Shown one piece after another: positions 12,591 to 23,930 of a DNA stretch of 64,000 nt. A program made the position numbers and the translations under genes. The notes under the pieces were generated by a model. That model was not told where the DNA came from. It searched no databases and saw only the letters and a list, made by a program, of their open reading frames with translations. The stretch is from Lobosporangium transversale (taxonomy: Eukaryota). Position 1 is the first letter of the stretch; every line of letters starts with the position of its first letter. The stretch lies in contig NW_019029021.1 of NCBI RefSeq assembly GCF_002105155.1, positions 124,001 through 188,000 of the forward strand. Reading direction: 5' to 3'.

Positions 12591-12885
12591 ATTGCGAAGA
12601 AACAAAGTCGATGGAGTGAGAAAAACAAATGTGGCTGGATTTTACAGTCCACGCTTGATTTCACTCATTGATATAATTTGCATCCTGCTGTACAGAATGC
12701 TTTGTATGAAATGGGCTTTGTTTTATTTTTTATGGCTGCCCAACGAGCTGTGGTTTGTTGCAGATGAGGGAGGGTTATGATGTGTTCCTGGAATTCAATT
12801 TCACTGTTCACGCAGAATCCAGTCACTTTTTTTTTTTTTTTTTTTTTTTATTTTCCTCACTCCATCGACTTTGTTTCTTCGCAAC

Positions 12886-14379
12886 ATGGACAACCTTAAG
12901 CTGAATCCCTTACAGATTCCAGAAATCCTCTTACTCATTGCCGAGCTGCTCAACAAAAGAGACCTTCTGAACTGTATCCGCGTCTCCAAGGCTTTTCATA
13001 AAACTCTTATCAGCCTCATATGGAAGAAAATCACTGTCGGACAGGGAGGAGAACCTGGCAGCAAAGCAATACAGAAGCATAACGAATACATTGAAGAAAT
13101 TACATTTGACAGCTACAAGTTTAATGACTCATTCCCAGAGAAGTATGAGTCGCTACAGAGGCTTCAGCCCATCACATACAAAGGGTGGTGTTCATGGCCC
13201 AAACCGATCCACGCCATCAATCAGATCAAGGCCCACAGCTCCATCATCACCGGCTTTAATGTGAGCAGAGCTATTAAGTATGGGCCAGATATCTGGAATG
13301 CTTTACTAGAATGCACCAGTCTCAACCACTTGGGGGTTATGGAAGTAACTACATATATCGATGTCGAATTCGACTTATTTCTTCAGGTCTGCAAGAGACT
13401 TCGGTGTTTAGAATTGGGCCATGTCAACTTCCTAAGTAGGGAGAACAACGAGTATATTTTCCCAAACATACACACACTGCGTGTGGACTCTCTCTCTATA
13501 TGCAACCTCAACCAAAACTCTTGGTATTGTCTTGGAATGTTTATAAGAAAATGTCCAGCATTGCGTTTATTGGCTATTAGACTAAGTGGCACCACAAATG
13601 AACTATACAGGGAGCTACTCCTTCAGCATCCTTGGACCCTGAATAATTTATCAGATATATGTTTTCGTGAGATGAGAATAGAAGACAAGGATATGGCGGC
13701 AACTCTCAGACGGATGACAGGATTAAGGCGGTTAGACGTCTTTTGGGGTAGATTCTATCAGCTCTCTTTGCAGGAGTTGCTAGCTGACAAGCAAGAAGTG
13801 GTGGAAAATGGACAGCTAGTACAGAAGACAAGGCTTCGGAGACTTTGTGAGACAGTTGAGACGTTAGTGTTCGGTAAAGATAGCAGTGTTGCTCAGGCTA
13901 TTTTATCAAATTGTCCACGGCTGAAAAGACTAGAAGGACCTAAAACTACAGTATCAGAGATTGTCAATGGAGCAGAATGGGTTTGTAGTGGATTGACTCG
14001 CTTGAGTATCACTCTTGAGGCAGATATTGATGAAGAGACTGAAGAAGGGATGGCAAAGACACGTATTGCGTTTAAGCAGCTTGGCAAGCTGACTCGGCTA
14101 GAACATCTTAACCTAACACGACGCTCTCTGTATCCTCATAGTAGGACACTGGACATGAGATTAAGAGCAGGTCTAGGTGAACTAGCCAACCTGAAGAGAC
14201 TAGAAGTGCTAGTGGTTGAACATGATGCTCACCAGCGAATGCAGCTTGAGGATGCGACATGGATGGTGGACAATTGGCCAAATATTAAATACGTGTATGG
14301 TGCTCTGAACGATGAGAAAGAGACAGCTGACTTGTTGAAATGGTTCTTGGAGTCGCACAATATACGTATATTTGCATAA
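12886..14379 (+). CDS. F-box/LRR protein, copy F (497 aa)
   Basis: Intact ORF from ATG at 12886; head-to-head with E; N-terminus nearly identical to A. Confidence 0.85.
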   Translation: MDNLKLNPLQIPEILLLIAELLNKRDLLNCIRVSKAFHKTLISLIWKKITVGQGGEPGSKAIQKHNEYIEEITFDSYKFNDSFPEKYESLQRLQPITYKGWCSWPKPIHAINQIKAHSSIITGFNVSRAIKYGPDIWNALLECTSLNHLGVMEVTTYIDVEFDLFLQVCKRLRCLELGHVNFLSRENNEYIFPNIHTLRVDSLSICNLNQNSWYCLGMFIRKCPALRLLAIRLSGTTNELYRELLLQHPWTLNNLSDICFREMRIEDKDMAATLRRMTGLRRLDVFWGRFYQLSLQELLADKQEVVENGQLVQKTRLRRLCETVETLVFGKDSSVAQAILSNCPRLKRLEGPKTTVSEIVNGAEWVCSGLTRLSITLEADIDEETEEGMAKTRIAFKQLGKLTRLEHLNLTRRSLYPHSRTLDMRLRAGLGELANLKRLEVLVVEHDAHQRMQLEDATWMVDNWPNIKYVYGALNDEKETADLLKWFLESHNIRIFA

Positions 14380-15152
14380 TAGCCTGGAATGGGTATGAAG
14401 AACAAGAGCATGAGGCTTCCAAGATCTACCACTGATGATTAGGATACCGTGATAATGGTGACAAAAGTAAAAAATAAAAATAAAAAAATAAAATAAAAAC
14501 GTTACATTTTGACTACAATAGTGCCTTGTGCACTTTATCAAATTAACTGTTTGCATGGGCTAGGATCCTGTCCTACACGCGACGACGCATGACGTAATAT
14601 TTTAGGAAAGCAGAGCCATTTGAGCCACCTTTCCTGCTGCCAACGATGTTAATCAGTCTTCTCTCCTTTTCCCGTCTTCACTTGCTCTTATTCTTTTTCT
14701 TCGGTTAAGCTTCATTCTGTATTTCCTTAGTTAGTTGGGGCACTAGATTGGCTGCCATATCTCCTTGTCGACACAGTTTTTACGAAATTCCCTTGCGACA
14801 AGGCATGGCTGTTCGACGGCGTTGGAGCTCATTCCATGCGAAAACTTTCAAATGGACAACGCCACCATGTGGTTTCTCCCTATCGGATTCCAATACTATG
14901 CAGTTTTCGTCATCATTAGAAGCTCTGTAGAGCATGCGCATCGGAGGTACTTGGTATACTGACAAATTACCGAGCAGGAATATTTATCACATATTGAGAT
15001 TCCGCTTTTTTTTTTTTTTTTTTTTTTAGAGGTATATACTTTATATTTACGTGTGCGTGATCAAAGCGCGACCTTTATTCTCATTGCTGACAAAAGAATA
15101 TAGTTATGATAACACCAATAGGTGGTATGGCCTTAGCAATCACTTTCTTTAC

Positions 15153-16064
15153 TCAAGATAGTTCCATTTCTGTCATCATTCCGGCCATCTTTTTGTCCTT
15201 TTTTTGTTCCAATTCCATAGACTTTTTCTGTCCTTGACAGGATATTGTGGCGAAGCTATCATAACTTTTGTTGCTGCTGACACTTTGAGTTCTCCTATAA
15301 GGATCCGACCGCCTAGAGGTTCTAGCTTCCCTACTATTTCTTGATGATCTGCTATTGTCGTTATTGTTATGGCTCCTGTCGCTTTTCCTACTGCTGTTAC
15401 TGCTGTGGATACCGCCATTGTAGGTAGCCACGCAGTAGCGTACATAAATTCGAAATGCGCAAAGAAAGTTATCAAACAGGGGTATATCCTCAGACAACAT
15501 CGCTGTAGCTAAAAACTCGGCAATATGCCCAGTAGCGCATATAGGAAATGTGCCGCTTCTGCATGGGATACCGCCTGGTAGAGTAAAAGGACAGATGGGG
15601 CCTTTAGGGTTCGTAGATGGAGCAGGACGAGAAGACGAAGGACTGGCAGTTGACGATCGCGAGGACGAATACCCCAGAATATGACTATTTTTATAATGAG
15701 AAGTATGTGGAGACGTCGATAGAGAGCGAGTAGTGGTAGCGGTGGAAGTAGCGGTGGTGGCTGGAACAGGAGTTAGGGTAGAAGCAAATACAGGAGCAGG
15801 AGTAGGGGTAGGAGCAGGAGCAGGAGTAGTAAAAGTACTTGTAGAGATGCTCAGCTGGGTCAATGACTGTAGCAGATCCTCCTTGCGGGATCTAAAACCA
15901 GGACTACCCGCTACACCATTGGGGTGAGAACCATTAAGAAACATTTGCCCCAACTTGTTATCAAGGTTTGCAACGGAGTCTTGATCTTGATCCTCTTCTG
16001 ATGGCTCTGATAGACATATCCGCATCTGTTCTAATTTTTGGACTATCTCTTGTGGCAAGGCCAT
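15153..16064 (-). CDS. Hypothetical S/T/P-rich protein (303 aa) with a small Cys-containing core
   Basis: Single 912 nt ORF with ATG, preceded by a pyrimidine-rich leader; no family recognised. Confidence 0.6.
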   Translation of the reverse strand: MALPQEIVQKLEQMRICLSEPSEEDQDQDSVANLDNKLGQMFLNGSHPNGVAGSPGFRSRKEDLLQSLTQLSISTSTFTTPAPAPTPTPAPVFASTLTPVPATTATSTATTTRSLSTSPHTSHYKNSHILGYSSSRSSTASPSSSRPAPSTNPKGPICPFTLPGGIPCRSGTFPICATGHIAEFLATAMLSEDIPLFDNFLCAFRIYVRYCVATYNGGIHSSNSSRKSDRSHNNNDNSRSSRNSREARTSRRSDPYRRTQSVSSNKSYDSFATISCQGQKKSMELEQKKDKKMAGMMTEMELS

Positions 16065-16644
16065 ACTGGGACTTGAACTTTGTAAACAATGAATTGAGAA
16101 TGATGCAAATGTGTGTGAATGTGAATGTGAATGAGGACGAAAAAAGGAAAGAGAGCGTCTTCATCGAGGAAACGCATGCATAATCGCATGATTTTTTTTT
16201 TTTTTTTTTTTTTTTTTGGATCTGTGCACTTGTTCCACAGCAGTGAGTTTAGCGTGGGACCGAGTGATGGATTTCGTTCTAACATCGCTATCTTCAATGT
16301 GGGCGAGGATAGTCCGAGTATTTAGAGGGGATGGACATCGGAAATGTCAGATTGGTGTAATTAGCACTGGCTGTCGGTTTGTCAATTTCCAAATAGGACG
16401 GACACGTCATGTTAAAAAAAAAAAAAAAAGAAGTTCCTCCTCTTCTGGCAAAGGCTGGTTTGGTGACCAGGATGTTAATGTTCGCTTAATCAATGGTCAC
16501 TGTATTCGACTTTGTAGGTTACACTCCCCTAAGGTGGAAAGGTATAAAAAAAAAAAAAAAAAAAAAAAGTTTACATCCGACAGCCCACGCTACAACGGGC
16601 TATGGCCTTTTTGCAAGATAACCCTTCGATCTTCTATATATATA

Positions 16645-16829
16645 TCGCCAATTTCATTTGGTCATGATACCTTATATTTTTAATCTAAAAACGATGATTG
16701 AATTGTTCTGGTGGCATTTCACTACGTGACGGACTTGCAACAATACTCGCAACAAGCGAGCCAATTGGCTGCCAATACACTCGAAAGTATTCAAAAAATA
16801 TAAGGTATCATGACCAAATGAAACGGGCT
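16645..16829. mobile_element. Candidate MITE with 30 bp perfect inverted repeats, set in (TA)n
   Basis: tttcatttggtcatgataccttatattttt at 16652-16681 and its reverse complement at 16794-16823; TA runs on both outer sides. Confidence 0.6.
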
Positions 16830-17528
16830 ATATATATATTTTCACGTTTTTTATCTTTTTTCATTTTCATTTGACAAGATCAATGGCTGAGTTTGAGATA
16901 AGATTGTACCTTGAACTAAAAGAGGAAACAACAGAGCAGCAACGAACATGTCCGTCATCAAATGCTTAGCATCATTGAGATGGTCCTAAAAAAGAGACTT
17001 TTTGACTGTTTTTATTCTCCACACCACATGCTCATGAAGCTTGTGCGACTCGAAAAGTAGTGAAGGTGATGCACATGTAACATGCAGGCATTGCCTAAAA
17101 AGATCTCTGAATGCTCTAACTCTTTTGTTTCCTTATCTATTTTACCCCACAAACAAAATGTGGAGAAGTAGGTTTGTTCATGCAGAATGCATGAATTCAG
17201 GTTCATTTGTCCTCCAAATACATCCAAATAAGTTTGGTTCTAATGTGGGTTCTAATGGTCTCATGGCCAACATAATGGAAGGGGAACTGCTAGATCCCCC
17301 TCTCCAAATCTCCATGTACGTACACCTCGGTTTTATTCACTAGACTAAAATCTTTTTGAATAAATACCCCTCCACTCATTTTCTCTTTCTTTTCTTCCTT
17401 TTTCTTCATTGATACTCTTCCTTTCTCTCTTTCTCTCTTTCTCTCTTTTCTCTCTTTTCTCTCTCTCAACCCACTAAATAAGGACGACAACAACAGCAGC
17501 AATAATAACAGCAACAACAACAACAGCC

Positions 17529-17795
17529 ATGTCCTCCATCTTGAACGCTTTTCGCTCCGCTCAGGCTCCAGCCCGTCATTTTGCTGCCCCTACGATCGCA
17601 TCTTCGTCCACACTCAAGAGTGCTTTCCATCCTGAACACCAGTCCGTCGTTTTGCAGCAGCTTGTCGAGTCCATCTCTCCAAGGGCCACTGGAGTCACTC
17701 CTTCAGGTGCTGTCAGACAAACCATGTCATCATTGAACAGTGTCAAGACGACTGCCTCTGCCACAAGCTCAACTGCTCGTCAGACTAAAGTCTAA
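17529..17795 (+). CDS. Small 88 aa S/T/A-rich protein with a possible mitochondrial presequence
   Basis: CT-rich then (CAA)n leader, start context gccATGt, C/T-ending codon bias, basic N-terminus lacking acidic residues. Confidence 0.55.
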   Translation: MSSILNAFRSAQAPARHFAAPTIASSSTLKSAFHPEHQSVVLQQLVESISPRATGVTPSGAVRQTMSSLNSVKTTASATSSTARQTKV

Positions 17796-18719
17796 AGCCT
17801 AAAAAAAAGCAGTTTAATCAAAATCAAACCCACTACAACGTATGTACATGTACATATTTTACTTGGCGTGGGATTATCATAGCTTTACAAAGGATGAAGG
17901 CCTTTTTTTTTTTTTTTTTTTTTTTTTTGCTAACGCCAAGCATCCTAGAAGGGATCAAAATATTCTTATATCTCTCTCAACCTCTCCACTCAACTTGTCA
18001 GCAATGACGCTTTCTATACCTGTAAACTCAAATGATTGAAATAAAGCCTTTTTTTTTATTTGACCTACTTTTCTACGATGTAATTTACGCTTGGTGTTCT
18101 TGTTATTCGGTAATGGGTCAACAAGCACAGCTGATGTTAGACTGTGTGACACATGTGATTAAACTAGCATGTGTTAAATTGACTTGAAACCAAAAAAGAA
18201 AAACAATCCATAGTTTGTTCAAGCAAGTTTCGATAAAAGCGATGATCGTATACGTTGCCTTCAACTCCTACTCTTCTGATGCGCGGACTTGTATTTTTGA
18301 TGTTCAGGGGGTGGGGGAACATTGCAATCTTTTCCTTATCTTTGCTGGCATCGACTTTGCATATCTCTCCCCCCCAGTCTTTCGTTTCGTTTCGTTTCGT
18401 TGCGTTCCGATCCCGCATCCCTCTCCCGCTTTGGTGAGAAGACATGTATCGAGTTTTAAAAAGAAAAAAAAATGATGTGACTGGATTTTGCTTGACGAAT
18501 AAGTGCAGATATCAAGCAAGATAGCCATCGGGCACTCCGTTGAACAACCAGTAATTGTTAGCCGGGTTCAATTTGAGCATTCGGAGAACGAATCGGAAAG
18601 AAATACGTCCGATGAATGTACAAAGCTGGGATGTATAGTTGTAAAAGTAAAAGTTTGACTATGCCTGGCAAGAGAACCGTGGCAATGACACAATGGTGAA
18701 AGTAGCATCCTAGGAACCA

Positions 18720-19037
18720 ACGCTGTGAAAAGAATCGTATAAATGAAAGGAGCAATAGTAAGGAAAGAAAAAAATAGAGATCAAGCAAAGGCAAGATTCA
18801 GCTATCTCTTCAACTAAACTATCTCCTGCTGCTGCACAATTCCTTGGGCAACTATTAAAAAAAAAACACTGCCCTATTGAGCCAAATGCAGGTTGCATAG
18901 GCTATTCAATTCGAGGGATCATTCTCCACTTTTGGATAGTTTCTTCAATGGCAATGCTTTGCATCAATATATTTTTATTACTGTGGTGGCTCTTATCATC
19001 ATTATCATTTAGATCAAATAATAGTTATCACGAAGTA
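18720..19037 (+). repeat. Detached copy of the F-box cluster 3'-flank sequence
   Basis: Collinear similarity to 7778-8097 (e.g. cacttttggatagtttc..caatggcaatgctttgc) and partly to 5735-5835. Confidence 0.8.
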
Positions 19038-20146
19038 CAATAATGTCGTTTTGAATTTTTTTCTCAGCACGCCAGGTTTCATAAAGACGTGGTTTGTGCC
19101 TTAGTCTGTGCAACAATGACAAGCATGGTAGGCAGCTCTGCCTTCAAAAAACATGGCGTGTTAGGTTTCGCACAATCCTTCCCTCTACTTCGCTTCCTGA
19201 GCAGGATACTGGTTTCGCGCATGGGGAGGTAAAGAAATTATATATATTTATGTATTTTAAACCTTTTATTATTTTATTCATATACATATACAAGGGCAAA
19301 TACTGTCAGTCAGCTCCAAAGGGTGTCCTTGGATAAAGGCTCATTACTCAATTCCTCCCTACTTAACTCTGGCTTTTCAACCTCATTCATATCAGAGGAG
19401 ATTGATGATCTAATGGTAGACCGGTGTAGCTCCGCGCGGTTTACTTCATTTCCTTCCAGAGTGGGACATATGCATAGGTCTTCAGAAGAACAAGGCTTAT
19501 TAATACAAACTCGACAGTCAAGAACCTGGATCTTGTTTCCCCTTTTTCTAAAAACTTTGCCAAGGCCAAGTCGTCTATGAGACTGTAGCAGGATCCATAT
19601 TCCGAATCAGATGATCCAGAGTCCTCCTCGGATTCATGGACGACCGGTGGTGGTATCATTGGATATTTTTTCTTTGTCCGTTGTGATCTTTTTGAAATCA
19701 AGTCGAGCGGTGATACTTTGGATCTATTTGAATTGTTTGATGGCACATCTTCTAGTATCCTCTTTGGGAGTGAACCATATACCGAAATCTTGGGTGCTCT
19801 CTTCTTTTCTTGCATCGAAGGTTAAGGGCCAAGGCTTTGAAGCTAATATTTTTCTTCATGTACAGCTTTTTTTTTTATTTTTTATTTACTTTTGACTTGA
19901 CTAGGACAACATTTAGCTGCCATACACCCCAGTGATAAAAATGAAGATTTTTTTTTTTTTTTTTTTTTTTTACACAATGCAATGTTCGTTTCTAATATGA
20001 GTCTGAAAAAAATAAAGAAATACTACATAGATCGATTGTAAATAACAATACAATAAAAAAAATAAATATTTAATTAAAAAAAAAGACAAAGGAAAAGCAG
20101 AAGAGGAAAAAAAATAAAAAAAAAATACGGTGGCATTAACTCAGGT

Positions 20147-21576
20147 TCAGTTCATTGTCGTCACTTCTTCCTCGTCTGCAGCCACCATTCTTGGTTCGGG
20201 AATATGTGTGGGTGTAACAAAGAGTTTGACCTGCTCTCGTACTCGATCCAAAATATCAATCTCCACAGGTCCCCTATACTTTTGGAACAAGGGCTCCTCA
20301 TCTCGTCCCAAATCCAAATCATCCTTGTCCATCTCCTTCGTCTCTGCAAATGCAACTTTCATCACTGCACCTCCAGCATATTCAACACAATCATACGAAT
20401 TGAAAAGTGCAAACAGTTTCTTGGGGAAGTTACGGAATCCAACCAAGTTTTTGAAGGGAATGTATCCGATAGGTTCAAGTCCCGAAGGTGGTACTGAGAA
20501 GTAGGCCTCATCTTGTGGGATCGTGACAGAGGATGCTGCTACATCTGCAGCCGCAGCCGCAGCTGCCTTGGCTACAGCCTCAGTTGCAGCTGGTGAAAGA
20601 GTCTCTTCATCTTTTGATGTCTCTATTGCTGGTTCTGTTGAGGTTGCTGTTGAGGATGTTGTATCGATATTGTCTGTTGTTACTGTTGTTGTTGATGTTG
20701 ACTCTGTAGATCCTGTGGCCTCTGTTGCGAGTAAAGTGGCTTCCTGAGCTGGAGTTATTGACTTTGTATCATCTTCCTTGATCATTTCAGACATAGCAAC
20801 TGGTTCAGGGTCATCAAGGCTCTGAAGACATCCATCATTGTATCCCTTGAGGACTTCAGCTAACGCAATTCTACCCAAGACAACGATGCCATCCGAGACC
20901 GATTTGAGGGGAACAATGGGTGCACTCTGTTCTTGTTCTGTCAACTCTGATCTCTTTCCTGCTGCGATCTGACGTTTCTTTCGGACATCTGCAGCCACCA
21001 TTGATCGAATCTGACCCTCTGTCATGCCCTCCTTGACCTCATAATCCAATGCAGCAGCATCGAAAACAGGCTAGCATTGAGTATTGATAAAATAAATAAA
21101 AAACAATAGTCAGCTTCTAGAAGAGGGCCAAAAAAAAAAAAATAAAAAATAAAAAAAAACTCAATGCTTCTCTTTTAAGTGTCTATGGTTGAGAAAGGTA
21201 CTTAAGAGAGCAATGGTTTTACCTTGACAAATTGCTTAAAGTAATGACGAGTTTTGTGAATGCCATCTCCAGGGGGTGGCATGATGTAAACAGTGACCTT
21301 ACGAGGCATCTCTTGAACGCCACATGGTTGTTTTGCCAAGACATCCACCTTGTCTGCAACACGTTTCTTTGCAGCCACAGTCAAGTAATGATCACGAGTG
21401 ACCAGAGCTCCGATGGAACCGATGGTGCCCCAGAAGATCATCCAACCACGACTAGGCAGCTTAGCCCGTAGTTTCCCAGAGAGTGTTGTTGGAATAGGCT
21501 TTGGCGAGGGAGTGGGCTTGGGTTTGAGTTCTGGCCGGGCCCCAGACGAGGCAGAAGCTGCAGTATTGTTGTCCAT
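20147..21576 (-). CDS. TIM54: Mitochondrial inner membrane translocase subunit Tim54; exons 21576-21223 and 21070-20147
   Basis: LPSRGWMIFW transmembrane start, RKVTVYIMPPPGD, and FKQFVK|PVFDAAALDYEV across a GT-AG intron (21071-21222) that keeps frame. Confidence 0.85.
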
Positions 21577-21642
21577 GGATAGGTTGAGTGTTTTCAGTTC
21601 AGTTCAAACTAGAGGGAAAGGGCATATACGGACAAAAGAGGG

Positions 21643-21683
<41 letters not shown>

Positions 21684-21869
21684 CGAGGAAGTGAAAGTGA
21701 GGGTCTGTCTTTTTCTTTTTTCTTTTTTCTTTTTTCCTTTTTTCCAAGGTGATCGGATCAATAAAAATAATGAAAACAGAGGAGACCATCCCAACAGTCA
21801 CAACGACTTTTGACCTAATTGATCGTTTTATTTAATCGTTTTTATTATGCTTTTTTTGTGTTTGTTGGT

Positions 21870-21901
<32 letters not shown>

Positions 21902-21983
21902 CATTACTGGCTATCATTCATCAAAACCACGTCAATTGCTACTATGCTACTATTGATCAATTGCATCAAGGTCTATTGCTTTT

Positions 21984-22015
<32 letters not shown>

Positions 22016-22118
22016 TCTTTCTTTAAAAAAGGTATAAATATATATCATAAAAAATGGTGGAATAAATATGTTTATATGCTTGTTCCCTTTCACGTGTCTG
22101 CTATGCTAATGAATCAGC

Positions 22119-23081
22119 TTAATGATCTCTCGCTCTATGACGAGTCAGAGCCTCGACTCGCTGAAAACGCATCATGCAATTCTCAACCGGGCATCCATAA
22201 GGAGTCTCGCCAGTATGTCCACGCAAATGTCTCTTGAGGTCTCCACGACGGATCGATGCATAAACACAACCAGGTGCGTCGCATTGGAATGGTTTCACTT
22301 GCGAGTGGGTCTTGAGGTGTTGCTGAAGGTTGAACAGCCGTTTGAACGGTTTGCCATGATTGCATCCTGGGTACTCACACGTATAAACCTTGGGCGCCTT
22401 TTCCTTCCTCCTACGCTGATCAGTCGTCTTTGATGTCAATCTGTTCTTCTTCCTCTTCTTCAAACTGAACACCGTCTCATCATCTGCTTCCATCTCTGTA
22501 TCCGAGTCTGCCTCTGCTGTTGCTGCTGTTGAAACATCCATAACATCATTCTCATCCCCTGTTGTGAATGCAGGACTTGCCATTGCTGAAACAGGTACAG
22601 TGGGGTAAAAATTATTGGGATGGGTTGGCGCAGCAAAAAAATTGTATGGGGTTCTCTCTTGAACCTCAAGCTGTGAGCAATGAATTGTCTCGAAGTTGCT
22701 GTCGAAAGAAGACGGCAAGAAATAGGAATATTCAGAGTATTCAGTGATGGGATTCGATTCCATAAAGAGCGAGGGGCCCTCATGGATTGGAGGCATGTTC
22801 ATAAAAGACGTCAATGGTAATGATGACTGGGATGAGGGATCCAAGGGCATATCAAGACTGCTCAACTCTGGGAATAGAGCATATGTCATCCTCATCTCTT
22901 CGACCGAGGAATGATTGTCATGAGGACGTCTGTAAAGAGCGTCAAAGGCGCCAACATCCGGGTACGAGACTGCATCACGCACACCTGGGTTTCCATCCAC
23001 CAGCTGATAGGCGCCCTTGTCATCTACTTTGCCCAATGGCAATTCGGACTGTGGGTGGTATCTTCTGGATGCGGAAATCAT
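22119..23081 (-). CDS. C2H2 zinc-finger protein, three C-terminal fingers
   Basis: CEYPGC..HLKTH, CDAPGC..HLRGH, TGETPY linker, CPVENC..HRARDH; basic NLS-like KKRKK. Confidence 0.9.
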   Translation of the reverse strand: MISASRRYHPQSELPLGKVDDKGAYQLVDGNPGVRDAVSYPDVGAFDALYRRPHDNHSSVEEMRMTYALFPELSSLDMPLDPSSQSSLPLTSFMNMPPIHEGPSLFMESNPITEYSEYSYFLPSSFDSNFETIHCSQLEVQERTPYNFFAAPTHPNNFYPTVPVSAMASPAFTTGDENDVMDVSTAATAEADSDTEMEADDETVFSLKKRKKNRLTSKTTDQRRRKEKAPKVYTCEYPGCNHGKPFKRLFNLQQHLKTHSQVKPFQCDAPGCVYASIRRGDLKRHLRGHTGETPYGCPVENCMMRFQRVEALTRHRARDH

Positions 23082-23148
23082 AACGGCTTATGGAATAATA
23101 ATAATCGAGGGAGGGAAGAGGGAGAAAGGATGACAGAGGGTAGAAAGT

Positions 23149-23192
<44 letters not shown>

Positions 23193-23930
23193 CAATTGAT
23201 GCTCAGGAACAAAAATGTTGCGTATGGTATATGATCAAAAGTGAAAGGAATTGAACAGATGATTGCAGGTGTCAAGTGTAAGGATGAGGAAGAAAAGAAA
23301 GAAAAAGAAGAAAAGGAAGAAGAAAGGGAAACGAAGTCGATTTTTGAATGGAAAGAGAGAAAGGGGTGTGGACGGGAAAAAAGACAGAGCAATGCAAGAA
23401 TGGCGGCACAGCACAGGAAAAAATAGATGGGAGTACCAATGGCAGGAAAAGCATTTAATTGCAATAACCAAGAAAAGTAACAAACAAACAATCCATCGTC
23501 TCTGTGTCTGTCAGGAGCACATGCCCCAAATAAATACGCCACCTCCCCCTCAACGCCAAAAAACTATTTCGCGTCATTGTCTCTTTCGGGAAGAAAAAAA
23601 AAAAAAAAAGAGAAAAAAAAGAGCGTTTCCCATTGTGTTCTTCTGGGTATAACAATTTACTATTGGTTTATTCATGGCAATGTATATATATATATATCTA
23701 TCAAGCATCAAGTATCATATAAATCTATCAAGTATCAAGTATAAATCTAGTATCAAAAATTATATAGGTAGGACGTTATAAACTATTGGATGCAGTTAGA
23801 GCAAGAGCGAACCCTTTCTTGTGTGATGTCAATTGCACTGACTGATGTCTATCTTCGTGGCGACTTAGGTTCCCATTATACAGAGTAAGCATCCACAGTG
23901 TTGGTCACTGTCTTCAGCTGAGCTAACGTG

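Noticed and set aside
19300..19815. 124 aa ORF with a possible frameshifted continuation
   Set aside because: No family recognised and no clear gene structure
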